Assembly: GCA_040767085.1 (NCBI GenBank)
Contig: JAXGPF010000003.1
Span: forward strand, 32,001 to 96,000
Direction: 5' to 3'
Origin: Kiritimatiellia bacterium
GTDB lineage: Bacteria > Verrucomicrobiota > Kiritimatiellia > JAAZAB01
Length of the DNA stretch: 64,000 nt
Part shown: positions 10,601 through 19,284 of the stretch, one piece after another
Layout of the letters: each line of letters opens with the position of its first letter
Numbering within the stretch: the first letter of the stretch is position 1
The notes under the pieces: generated by a model
Databases searched by the model: none
What the model saw: only the letters and a program-made list of their open reading frames with translations
Told to the model about the DNA's origin: nothing
Translations under genes and position numbers: made by a program

Positions 10601-12228
10601 GCATAGAAAAACATGTTGCGCAGGTAATAATATCCGACTTTGTGCAGATGGCCGCGGAGTTTTTCGCCGGTGTAAATCCCGGCGGTGTAGCGGAGAAAAT
10701 CGCGGGTCAAGCCCTGGCGTTCCGCGGGCGTCAGATCGTTCCAGACCCAGTCCAGGGCGGCGGCAAATGCAATGCGGCTGTAAGCGCGGTTGTCGCCCCT
10801 GCCGCGCATCCATTCATCCAGGGTGGCGCGCAGCATTTTGCGCGTTTTATCGAAAACGAGTTCATCGCCCGTCACCCGGCCGATGAAGGCCGCCTGCATG
10901 GCGTGCATGCCCCAATCCGCCGTGGTAATGTCGGAGAGCGCCACGGCATGAATGTCCTGCCGCATTTTATCGAACGTTTCCTTTTGACGGCCCAGCGCGC
11001 GCGCCTTGACTGCCGGCCAGGTGTCGGCATTGAAAAACAACCGGGGATGCTCGGCGCGCACCAGCGGGAGCAACCGGATGCCGGCGGCATGCGCCCGGGC
11101 TTCCAGCATGATCAGTTCCGGCACGCCGTTGGTGGCGTCCAGCTTGCCGTATGCCGCGAGCGCCGCCGCGTAATCCCGCTCCTGCAGGAACGATTGGGCC
11201 CGGGCAAACTGCGCCGCCGCCCGCTGGGCCGCATCGCCGGACAGGGCGTCGGCCCGATCGAAATATTCGCGCGCCGGCGCGTAATCATTTTCGCGTAAAA
11301 ACGTCTGCCCCATACCGATGGCCGCGCGCGCGCGCTGGGCGTCCGGCGCCCGGGATTCCAGCACGAAAGTATAATCGGCGCGCGCCGAGCCGAAATCATT
11401 CCACGCCAGATCGTTTAACTTGGCATCAGCCAGATCCAGCAATGCCAGGGCGCGTTCGTAATCGCTTTGCGCCAAGGGCAGGGCCGCCTGCAAGACGGCG
11501 CGGATTTCCGCGAAATCAATGGCATTCCCGGCCAGCAGCCGGGACCGGCCCCGCGACGCTTGCAGCACTTTTTCAGCCTGCGCATAGACCGACCGGAAAT
11601 TACCGGGCGCCGCCGCGGAGGCTTGCAGGGCCGCCTGCACTTCCCGTTCGCCCCCGGCGGCAATGGAAAACCCGCCGCCGCCGGCAATGACCGCCACGGC
11701 CAGCACGTGTTCGCCCGCCGGCAGGTCCATGGCAAAAACGTGGTTGGTGATGAAGATCGGCGACTTTTTATTGCCTTCCGGAATGGTGTTGAAAACCGGC
11801 CGGCCATCCACCCACCAATGCATCCACCAATTGGCGCCCGTGTAAATTTTATATTCGCCGGACTGGCCGATCTTTACCGGCGCCATCAGATACACGGTTG
11901 TGCCGCGTTTTGCGCCCGCGAATATTTCAGCCAGATCAATCACTGCGCCGGCGGACAGTTTTACGGAGCGCTGCCGGTAATCAACGCCGGCGATCCTGAG
12001 TTGCTCCGGCACTTTTGCAAGCTGCCGGCCGTCGGGCAGATTGTCAGTGGATGGCAGCCCGCCGGGCGACCGCATGCCCCCGGCTGGCGGCACGGGGCCG
12101 AACGCAGCCCACTCGACCGGCCAATCCAGTTCCCCGGCGCTGGCGCCGCAAGACATCGCCAGCAATCCGGCGCAGATTAACCACCAGGGACGATAGACGG
12201 CCGGCATGCTGTTTTTCATGAATTTCAT
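7621..12228 (-). CDS. secreted heparinase II/III-like (PL21-like) protein with TPR region and C-terminal HEAT repeats
   Basis: Signal-like N-terminus, TPR-like helices, HPRLFF, HHDAGHFSIYRNGFLALDTG and QTIAHNCVLV motifs, and more than 10 repeats of L.D.d..VR..AA.ALG. Confidence 0.75.
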   Translation of the reverse strand: MKFMKNSMPAVYRPWWLICAGLLAMSCGASAGELDWPVEWAAFGPVPPAGGMRSPGGLPSTDNLPDGRQLAKVPEQLRIAGVDYRQRSVKLSAGAVIDLAEIFAGAKRGTTVYLMAPVKIGQSGEYKIYTGANWWMHWWVDGRPVFNTIPEGNKKSPIFITNHVFAMDLPAGEHVLAVAVIAGGGGFSIAAGGEREVQAALQASAAAPGNFRSVYAQAEKVLQASRGRSRLLAGNAIDFAEIRAVLQAALPLAQSDYERALALLDLADAKLNDLAWNDFGSARADYTFVLESRAPDAQRARAAIGMGQTFLRENDYAPAREYFDRADALSGDAAQRAAAQFARAQSFLQERDYAAALAAYGKLDATNGVPELIMLEARAHAAGIRLLPLVRAEHPRLFFNADTWPAVKARALGRQKETFDKMRQDIHAVALSDITTADWGMHAMQAAFIGRVTGDELVFDKTRKMLRATLDEWMRGRGDNRAYSRIAFAAALDWVWNDLTPAERQGLTRDFLRYTAGIYTGEKLRGHLHKVGYYYLRNMFFYAGLSTLDGDLSDIELAQTVAALGQGFAHNWELWNKQPEFAMDDGGSGAFAVGRLGYEYAETPTPVWIYMQCMQSAWDEQIPAAWAYLGITPHHVLRNILGITPAGFKQFGFSKDWHKRGGTIRADLLFDHLGQFIHFFGKTHPQEAGLARYLRDRLGAEYRPAPGQFPVLQFLLDTEAAPPAGIPAGMPLARNFEGRGKVLMSSGFGSNDTYILLSTGGGQYFGGHHDAGHFSIYRNGFLALDTGSRAHSYAKVPDGATFYFAQTIAHNCVLVRNPARQVKWEGEMLDHTGGQDLGREFARVLAFESRPEYAYAAADLTPTYNTNECRQNIRQFVFLPPQHIVVFDRVTAARKDFVKTWLLHTANEPVIKGRAFSAAQDQGRIFCRTLYPSDAVLEKIGGPGREFWASGRNWGMPVNSPYLKDLMMKSADDVPEFQGRWRIEVRPGDQRETDCFLHLLETAEMEAAAMAAGELEETDDRLTVTFRSGEYEYKVSFNKSGPVAGHVGISDGKTIKVDRDFAMTVMPQSGMALEGRPVWGTEHAAAMALEELERPYLLQELQQNPRAAAAIALGSASAAGGAPAGNPAPAAGLLADLSAPQTQVCRLAAWALGNAGSAAAMSGLGKLLPDGRPGVSASACAALGAIGRSAHGAGAVKMLAGMLAAEPVQLRMRAAINLGAAGSAAAVPALAKALQDDPEPQVRASAAAALGRIKAGESVATLMRALRDPDWRVRRQAAAALADIGAPAIPSLVSALAAPEESVQAMAVDALRGIGAPAFEALAAALASDNPRTRGNAAAALVPPAGGQAALPALARLVSDRDAYVRARAAQALGGFKGSEVATALRQAMQDENPDVRAAAAGACARIANSGSADLLLAALRDEAALVRENSATALGRIGQPAAIDPLIAALKDSDPKVRASAAAALGALKAQAAVPALIAAMADAHHGVGYAANEALCRITGYKVEIPIGWDADTIRQYRKPLWDKWLAGQPAGR

Positions 12229-12361
12229 TCTGATTCTCCCCGCATCCCGTTTGGTTGCGCTTTTGTATGCCATGACACTGCCTGCAAATGTTTATCATCG
12301 TCCGGGCGGCCAGGCCAGACCATTCAACCAGCGCGGATTTGCCGGCCGGCATTAATGGATC

Positions 12362-15300
12362 CTATCGGCCGCGCAGCAGCCGCGCGGATTCCAGCCCGGT
12401 AGAATATTGGCGGACATAATTGCCGGTCAGCACTCCCATGCGCTGATGCGTGAGCAACGGCCCGAGCGTGCTGGTAATTTTCAACAAGAATTCCAGCGAG
12501 CCGCCTCGCGCGCGGCTTGAGACATCGAACAAGTACGGCGGAGTAATCCGCACAGCCTGGGACTTGCCGCGACGGTCGCACAGTTCCACCGCGCCGTTGT
12601 GCGCCGCGACTTCCAGCCAGAGCGCTCCGGCGGCGCGGTTTTCCGGCAATTTCATCCGGAGGGCGTAAACGCCGGCGCCGGTGTAATACGGATAGCCCTG
12701 CGGCTGCCACGGACCGCAGGTCAGTTGCCGCACCGGACTGCCGATGCGATCATTGACCACGGAAAATTTCCCGAGCAGAAAGGCATCCAAAGTCGGCTGG
12801 ATCACATCCGCGTGATAGAAAATGCCGCCCATGGTCCGTTCGAAGATTTCGGGCATGAACAAACCGGCAATCCGGTTCGGGCCGCGCCGCAAATATTTTT
12901 GCGCCGGCAAGGAGAGGCCAAAAGCGTCAAAATACCGATTGCGTTCCGGCCGACCTGCCAGCGGCCGGCCGTTGACGCGTATTTCCGCAAGCATGTCTTC
13001 CTCGAAAAGCAATGCCACCGGCCCTGGCGGCAGAGTTTTTATATCGAACGCGCAATCGAACATGACGCGCGGAATCAAACGCAAGGGTTTGGGAATGGCG
13101 CCATTTTCCGCCGGCAGCCATCTTTCCGGGCGGGCTGGATCGGCAAAGCGCACCGATCCCGCGAGCAAGGGGAAGGCGTTTTGGCGTTCCGTGACAAAGG
13201 GCCATGGCCCGCAGGTTTCGGCCGCCAGCGCAAACCGGCGCGTCAAGATTGACGGAGCCGCCGGCGCGCGGCGCGGCGCGGCGGTTGCCGCCAATACCCG
13301 GCATTCATAAGGAGCGAAATCCACGGGGAAGGTTGCCCCCGCTTTAAAAGCCAATCCGGGGCGAGGGCTTGTCTTGAGCTTGTCGAACGGGCGTTCCGGC
13401 CCCATAGTCACGGAGGACGGAGTTATTTTAACCGCCCGGATTTCCCCGGTATCTACATCCCAGGCTTCCACGGCGCAGCCGGAATGTTTTTCCCCAAGCG
13501 CAGCCGTCAGCCGCAATTCTCGGCCGGAAAGGTTCATCGCCGTCACTATCCGATCCCGGCCGGCAATGCGGACAGAGAGCGCCAGGCAATCGCACAAGGC
13601 GCCGCTTTCTTCAAAAAACAGGAGCGGCGCCGCGTTGGCAGCCCCGGCCAGTCCGCGCCAGCCCGGCTGGCCGCCGGCCGGCGGCCGCCATGTTTTAACG
13701 CTGCCGTTCTTTTCATCCAGATATTGGATGGAAAGCGAATGCAGTCCCAGGAACCGGCCGCCGCCCTGCCGGACCAGCAAGCGGACAAAGCGGGCGCGCA
13801 CCGATGTTATGACATTCGATATTTGAGATTTGAGATTTGAAACATGTGAATTGGCGGCAGCCAACTCATCAAGGCGGACTACATGTTCCCGTCCCGATCG
13901 CTTCAGCGCGGCGACATCCTTCCAGATTTTCCCGTCAGAGGACACCTGCCATGAATAATCATAGACAATATCTTTTTTGATTTCTTCCACGACAAATCCC
14001 AATCCCGCCAACGGCAGCGCCTGGCCCAGGTCAACGGTTATATCCTGGGGATAATGCGCGGCGAACACCGCCAGGGAATCGGTTCCGTCAAACAAATATT
14101 CCTTGTCGCCAGTGGCCAGCACGGCGGAATGCGTAACCATGGAAAGCGGATCGGAAGCCATTATTACCCGACCGGCGCTGATTCCGGCTGAAGCCGAGAC
14201 GCCGCCATCCCGATCCGGCTTGGCCGCCCGCTTCAACAAATCGCGCCAGGCGGCCGGCGCGGGCCGGCCATAGGGGTCCTTCTCCGGCCGGCAATCAAAG
14301 AGGATCAGCCGGCCGCCGGACTTCACGAATGCCGTTAATTTCGTAAACGTAGCCTGCGCGAGAACGTCAACTCCGGCTATGATTACCGTCCGGTATTCCG
14401 CGCCGAGAAAAATTATTTTACCTTTTTTGATCGCAGCCCGGCCAAGCCCGGACTCGAAAAGGAAATCCGACTCGATCTGGCCGGCCATCAGACTGGTAAA
14501 CATCCGGCGCAGATGCTGGTTGAGCACATCATTGGCCGCCGGATTGGCGAGGCTGTTGGCCAGATCGGCGTGGCTGGGATACAGGATTGCCGTTGTGGCC
14601 GCCGAACGCCCCAGGCTGGTTGCCTGGCACAGGCGGGCCGTGTGATCGGAAAACAGTTTTTGATAGCGCCAGGCCGGCGACTGGTAAAATCCGGGCGGAT
14701 TGTTGGTATGCTTGCGGATGCCGCGGAAGCTGTAGGCATAATCAATCGGCGCATGTAGGTTGACGCCCAGCACGGTCAGCAAATCCGCATCCCGGATTTT
14801 ATCAGCCAACTCGAAATTCCAAGGAGTAACGCCGTAGGTTTCGGCCAACACGCGCTGGCGCCCGGTCATCCGCGCGATGCTGGCAATCTGGCGCGGCAGC
14901 ATGATCAGCTTATTAAACACCGAATGCGCGCCCAGGATGTCAATGCCCGGCGCTTGTTGACAGGCCGCCTTGTCGAACAAATCGCCCAGGCCGAATCCTT
15001 CCGTCCAATGGCCGGAAAACGCCGCCCGGCGCCGGCCGCACCAATCGCCGATCTGGCGCGCATAATTTTCCGCGAACAAGTCCGACGCGAGTTTGCAGAA
15101 ATCATAGCATACACTGCCGGCCCGGTCCGGCCCGGCGATCAGTTCCGGGAGGCGGGAACGCAAGTCATAACCGTAACAGGCGTGGAATTGCGCCAGCAGG
15201 TCATGCGTCCAGGGAATCGAACGATAATAGCCCTGCAAGGCTGGATTGCCCGCGAAGCGGGAAGTATCCAGCGCGCCCGGCCGGCTGTGATATCCCGGCC

Positions 15301-16093
15301 GCGTCTTGTCGCGTCCGCCTTCGATCTGCATGTCATACAGAAATCCCGGCTCATCGGTGAAGAAGCCCGGCATGGTATTCCCGAAATACTCTGGCGCGGC
15401 TTGATAATGCGATTCGTAAACCATCTCGATGAATTTTCGCACCGCCGCCGGATTGAGCACATCCAGGTATCCGGAAGTGTTGCGGGCCCAGCGCGATCCG
15501 GTAGCCGCCTCCAAGGTGATCTGCACCTGGGTTACCACGGCCAGCGTGACCGTCCACGCGCCGGCCGGCGCCCGCCAATCGAACACGGTATCTAGGATGG
15601 CATCCATTATCGGCTGATGCTTGCCGGAGCCGTTCACATTTTCAACCCAGGCATGCAACACCCGGCCGGGCGGCAAAGGCGTCCGGAAACGGCGGGCGGC
15701 TGCCGCCGGGATCGGATAGCGGTAAAACCGGCAGGCAGGCATCCGGAATTCCGGATACTGTTGCAGCAACTGCCCGGCGGCCGTGCCGCTGGGCCAGCAA
15801 TAATCGTCATAAACCCAGATGCGCATGCCGCGTTTCCGCGCCGCGGCCAGGGTAAAACGGTAGGCGTCAAAATATTCCGGCGAGAGGTATGGCTGCGCCA
15901 GTCCCGCCATGGGAAAAATCATGGCTTCGTTGACATGCTGCGCGCGCATCTGGTCGAGCTGCCGGGCAATTTCATCCTCGCGCAGATCGTCGTTCCAACT
16001 CCATAACGGCGCCAGGCTGTAGGCGCGCGGGAACCCGGCAAAGGCGCGCCGGATGGCGGGGGTCAAACATGTTGCGTCTGGCATGTCGTGCAT
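12362..16093 (-). CDS. GH106-like (alpha-L-rhamnosidase-like) glycoside hydrolase with F5/8-type insert
   Basis: PLWSWND, WVYDDYCWPSG.A, GFFTDEP, PGIDILG, LAETYG motifs. VDLG...VSSDGK.W..ARFVRL domain. AAGGA RBS. Confidence 0.75.
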   Translation of the reverse strand: MHDMPDATCLTPAIRRAFAGFPRAYSLAPLWSWNDDLREDEIARQLDQMRAQHVNEAMIFPMAGLAQPYLSPEYFDAYRFTLAAARKRGMRIWVYDDYCWPSGTAAGQLLQQYPEFRMPACRFYRYPIPAAAARRFRTPLPPGRVLHAWVENVNGSGKHQPIMDAILDTVFDWRAPAGAWTVTLAVVTQVQITLEAATGSRWARNTSGYLDVLNPAAVRKFIEMVYESHYQAAPEYFGNTMPGFFTDEPGFLYDMQIEGGRDKTRPGYHSRPGALDTSRFAGNPALQGYYRSIPWTHDLLAQFHACYGYDLRSRLPELIAGPDRAGSVCYDFCKLASDLFAENYARQIGDWCGRRRAAFSGHWTEGFGLGDLFDKAACQQAPGIDILGAHSVFNKLIMLPRQIASIARMTGRQRVLAETYGVTPWNFELADKIRDADLLTVLGVNLHAPIDYAYSFRGIRKHTNNPPGFYQSPAWRYQKLFSDHTARLCQATSLGRSAATTAILYPSHADLANSLANPAANDVLNQHLRRMFTSLMAGQIESDFLFESGLGRAAIKKGKIIFLGAEYRTVIIAGVDVLAQATFTKLTAFVKSGGRLILFDCRPEKDPYGRPAPAAWRDLLKRAAKPDRDGGVSASAGISAGRVIMASDPLSMVTHSAVLATGDKEYLFDGTDSLAVFAAHYPQDITVDLGQALPLAGLGFVVEEIKKDIVYDYSWQVSSDGKIWKDVAALKRSGREHVVRLDELAAANSHVSNLKSQISNVITSVRARFVRLLVRQGGGRFLGLHSLSIQYLDEKNGSVKTWRPPAGGQPGWRGLAGAANAAPLLFFEESGALCDCLALSVRIAGRDRIVTAMNLSGRELRLTAALGEKHSGCAVEAWDVDTGEIRAVKITPSSVTMGPERPFDKLKTSPRPGLAFKAGATFPVDFAPYECRVLAATAAPRRAPAAPSILTRRFALAAETCGPWPFVTERQNAFPLLAGSVRFADPARPERWLPAENGAIPKPLRLIPRVMFDCAFDIKTLPPGPVALLFEEDMLAEIRVNGRPLAGRPERNRYFDAFGLSLPAQKYLRRGPNRIAGLFMPEIFERTMGGIFYHADVIQPTLDAFLLGKFSVVNDRIGSPVRQLTCGPWQPQGYPYYTGAGVYALRMKLPENRAAGALWLEVAAHNGAVELCDRRGKSQAVRITPPYLFDVSSRARGGSLEFLLKITSTLGPLLTHQRMGVLTGNYVRQYSTGLESARLLRGR
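13365..13391. repeat. REP-like palindromic motif (TTCGACAAGCTCAAGACAAGC) inside a CDS
   Basis: Encodes PFDKLKTS in frame. A related GAGCCTGTCGAGGGG copy lies in non-coding DNA at 56669-56689. Confidence 0.55.
13814..13841. repeat. heptamer tandem repeat inside a CDS
   Basis: attcgat atttgag atttgag atttgaa; encodes SNLKSQISN. Confidence 0.7.
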
Positions 16094-16129
16094 TTCCTTT
16101 CGCGCCTGTTAATCCTGTCCGCGCATCCG

Positions 16130-17965
16130 TTACTTGATGCCGATCAACGTCCCGCGCGACATGTATTCGTAACACCCCATATCCGCCAGCCGGCTGAACC
16201 GGTCCAGGCGCGGCCAGCCGTCAAAATCCCGGGCGTCGTCCATCCATGGCAGGTTGGTACCGGCGTTGATGCAGAGCGAGCCGGCCGCCAGCCGGTAATT
16301 TCCCGTGTCAGGCTCCCCGAATTGCGGATTGGCGCTGATATTCCCTTGCGCCGGGTTGGTTATGCCCGGGGTGCAGCAATGCCAGAAAGCGTTGGATTCC
16401 GCGGCGTAGGTCAACCGAATGTCGGCCCCAGCCGACCCTGTCGTATTGGAAACTATGATGCAATTAACTATCCTGTTGTTCGTAGTCGCCAAATTTAAGC
16501 CGCCGCCGTTATTCCTGGCATGATTGAAGGCAATCGTGCAGGATTCATTGGTCGGGCTGCCGACGCTGACGTTCACGCCGCCGCCATTGCTGGCGGAATT
16601 GCTGACGATCAGATTATTGCGCAAAAGCCCGCCGCCGCCGGACGCCATGCGCAAGCCGCCGCCATCGCTGCCGGCGTCGTTATAAACGATCCGGCAAAAC
16701 TGGACGGTGTCCTGCCCGGACGCGCTGGACAACATGATCCCGCCGCCGTTGTCCGTGGCGATATTGCTGATGATCGTGCAATGCGTGATGAGATTATTGT
16801 TGACATTGTTAAAATAAGTGGCAATGCCGCCGCCATGCGTGGCGGTATTACCCTGAAACCAGCAGCCGGTGACGATATTATCCCGGCCGTCGATGAGCAC
16901 GCCTCCGCCGCGGAAGGCGGTGTTTTTAACGAACGTGCAATTGGCAATGGTGTTGGAATGCCCGTAAGCCGGCGGATTAGCAAGTATATATACGCCGCTG
17001 GCCGTGTTGTTGGAAAACACGCAATCGGTGACCAGGGCCTTGAGTGCAACCAACTGTATGCCGTAGATGGAATTGTCATGCACATAACAATTGGTAAATA
17101 TTGCCGGCTGCGAGCCCGCATAGACCAGGATCGTGTATTGCGCGGAAGCATGGCCGCTGAAATCGCAATCGTCTATCAGCGCCGGCGTCGAAATGTTATA
17201 CAATGACAAGGCCGCCCCGTATGGCCCGGCATTGTTGGTGAAGACGCATTTCCACAACCGGGACACTCCGCGCGCCGCGATTCCACCGGCGCCGCGGTAA
17301 GTGTCGGTATTGTCCAATATGTCGCAATGCTGGATGGTTCCGCCATAACGCACGAAGATTCCACCGCCCCCCTCGTAATGATCGCCGTTGCGGGAGGAGG
17401 ATATATTGCCCTGGACCCGGCAATGGGTGGCCGTGCCGCTGTTCAACAAGTATAATCCGCCGCCGTTGTTAGAGGCCGTGTTGCCGGTGAAGACGCAGTT
17501 GGAAACAAGGCCTGCCCAGAGGAACACGCCGCCGCCGTTGGTGACGGCAAAGCCCTTGGTGATCGTCACCGCTTCCAGCATCGCATCGGCGTGGTTGATG
17601 TAAAACAGGCGGTTGGTGAAATTGGGATACATGCCGTCAATGATCGTGTCGGCCGGGTCGCCGCTGCTGCCCCGGACGGTCACACCCTTGGTTACGGCAA
17701 CCATGCTGATGCCGCCGGCTAATGCATGCTGCGAAAGCGAATTCGATCCGCCGCCATCGGACTTGTAGCGGCCGCTGGCCAGCAGCACCACATCTCCATC
17801 CGCGGCATTGGCCACACCGTTGGTAATGGTCTTGAACGCCGTAGCCCAGTTTGTGCCGTCAAGGCCGTCATTCCCGTCCGGCGATACGAACCAGGTGTCG
17901 GAATAAGCGGCGGTCACCGCCAACAAGCCGAGCGTTAACGCCATCAATGTTTTTCTTGCGCGCAT
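16130..17965 (-). CDS. secreted parallel beta-helix repeat protein with choice-of-anchor-Q-like C-terminal domain (copy 1)
   Basis: Signal peptide, VSPDGNDG.DG..WATAFKTI, many N.a..nGGGvy repeats, C-terminal YRL..GS.CINAG...D.DG.PR....DMGCYEY. Confidence 0.8.
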   Translation of the reverse strand: MRARKTLMALTLGLLAVTAAYSDTWFVSPDGNDGLDGTNWATAFKTITNGVANAADGDVVLLASGRYKSDGGGSNSLSQHALAGGISMVAVTKGVTVRGSSGDPADTIIDGMYPNFTNRLFYINHADAMLEAVTITKGFAVTNGGGVFLWAGLVSNCVFTGNTASNNGGGLYLLNSGTATHCRVQGNISSSRNGDHYEGGGGIFVRYGGTIQHCDILDNTDTYRGAGGIAARGVSRLWKCVFTNNAGPYGAALSLYNISTPALIDDCDFSGHASAQYTILVYAGSQPAIFTNCYVHDNSIYGIQLVALKALVTDCVFSNNTASGVYILANPPAYGHSNTIANCTFVKNTAFRGGGVLIDGRDNIVTGCWFQGNTATHGGGIATYFNNVNNNLITHCTIISNIATDNGGGIMLSSASGQDTVQFCRIVYNDAGSDGGGLRMASGGGGLLRNNLIVSNSASNGGGVNVSVGSPTNESCTIAFNHARNNGGGLNLATTNNRIVNCIIVSNTTGSAGADIRLTYAAESNAFWHCCTPGITNPAQGNISANPQFGEPDTGNYRLAAGSLCINAGTNLPWMDDARDFDGWPRLDRFSRLADMGCYEYMSRGTLIGIK

Positions 17966-17997
17966 AACTTCCGCCTCCTTTTTGCATTAATGTGAAT

Positions 17998-19275
17998 TTA
18001 CCGTGTCCGTTGACTCCATCCCGCCAGACGCATGACATTGCCGCCGATGATCTTTTGAATGGCGTCATCCTTCAACCCGCGCTGCACCAGGCCCGCCGTG
18101 AAAAGCGGCCAGTTAACCAGTTCCATGGTTTTCAAATGTTCCGGTTTTTCCGCCTGGTCGCCGCAGCCGAACTCGAAACCGGATTCGAAAGGCGGCGGAT
18201 GGGCGCCCCTGAAAAATTTTGACGGCCGCGGATATTTTCGCGCCTCGATCCGCGCTTCCGGCCCGGTAAAATTACGATCCGTGCCGATGGCCACATGGCC
18301 GGCGCCGATTTTTTTGACGGCATAAACCACATGCTCCAGCATGGCGGAGATATCGCGGCGGCCGCCCAGAAACGGCGGAATGCAGCAGATGCCCACATAC
18401 CCGCCGCCGGCGGCGATGGCTTTCAGCACCCGGTCGGGCTTGCCGCGCGGATGCGCATGCAACCCGCAGCAGGCGGTATGGCTGGCCACTATCGGCGCCT
18501 TGGAAACGCGCGCCGCATCCTCGCTCGTGCGCCAGCCGCAATGCGACACATCCGGAATAATGCCGAGTTCGTTCATCTTGCGCACGGCTTTCCGGCCGAA
18601 ATCGCTCAAGCCGCCGTCGGACCGTTCGTAACAGCCGCCGCCCAGCAGGTTTTGCCGGTTATACGTCAGGTGCATCATCCGCACGCCCAAATTCCGGCAT
18701 AATTCCAGATGGCGCAATTCATCGGCGACGGATCTGAATTCGTACGCCAGCGGCACATGGTTCAGGGAGAACAAGAGGTTCACTGGTTCGCGGTTCGGAG
18801 GTTCACGGTTCACTGGTTTATGGTTCTGGGGTTCAGGGTTGAGCGTATAAACATCCGGCAAGGCGCGCGCCAATGACGTGAAATATGCCAGGCGTGTGAA
18901 TTGATCCGGGCCGGTCGGCGTGACATCAAACTCGACATTCTGGAAGAACCCGGTCAGACCGCTGGCGCGCAATATTAAACGCAATAGTTCTTTTCTGCCG
19001 GGGGCCAACCATCCCAGATGTGACATTCGCACCGTCATGGCGCGGATTTCCGAGAAGGAAGCGCCCTGCGCCATGGCCTGTTTCAGTTGCAGGCCGTCCA
19101 CCGGCGCGTGAAATCCCAGGCAGAATGCATCGAACACCAAGGAATTCGCATGCAATGCCAGGCCATGCTCGAGATCTTTGCGCGATAATTTCAACGCCTT
19201 GATCGCCGCATTGCGGCAATCCCGGATATATTTTTCGCACAAGGCGTTTTTCCGCGACATGGCCGGGCTTTGCAT
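17998..19275 (-). CDS. membrane dipeptidase family M19
   Basis: GVRMMHLTYN, GGLSDFG...MNELGIIPDVSH, ASHT, HPR, HVAIGTD motifs. Confidence 0.88.
   Translation of the reverse strand: MQSPAMSRKNALCEKYIRDCRNAAIKALKLSRKDLEHGLALHANSLVFDAFCLGFHAPVDGLQLKQAMAQGASFSEIRAMTVRMSHLGWLAPGRKELLRLILRASGLTGFFQNVEFDVTPTGPDQFTRLAYFTSLARALPDVYTLNPEPQNHKPVNREPPNREPVNLLFSLNHVPLAYEFRSVADELRHLELCRNLGVRMMHLTYNRQNLLGGGCYERSDGGLSDFGRKAVRKMNELGIIPDVSHCGWRTSEDAARVSKAPIVASHTACCGLHAHPRGKPDRVLKAIAAGGGYVGICCIPPFLGGRRDISAMLEHVVYAVKKIGAGHVAIGTDRNFTGPEARIEARKYPRPSKFFRGAHPPPFESGFEFGCGDQAEKPEHLKTMELVNWPLFTAGLVQRGLKDDAIQKIIGGNVMRLAGWSQRTR
18777..18843. repeat. GGTT(C)-based array of alternating 8/7-bp units inside the dipeptidase gene
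   Basis: ggttcact ggttcgc ggttcgga ggttcac ggttcact ggtttat ggttctgg ggttcag ggttgag. Confidence 0.8.
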
Positions 19276-19284
19276 TTCTTATCC

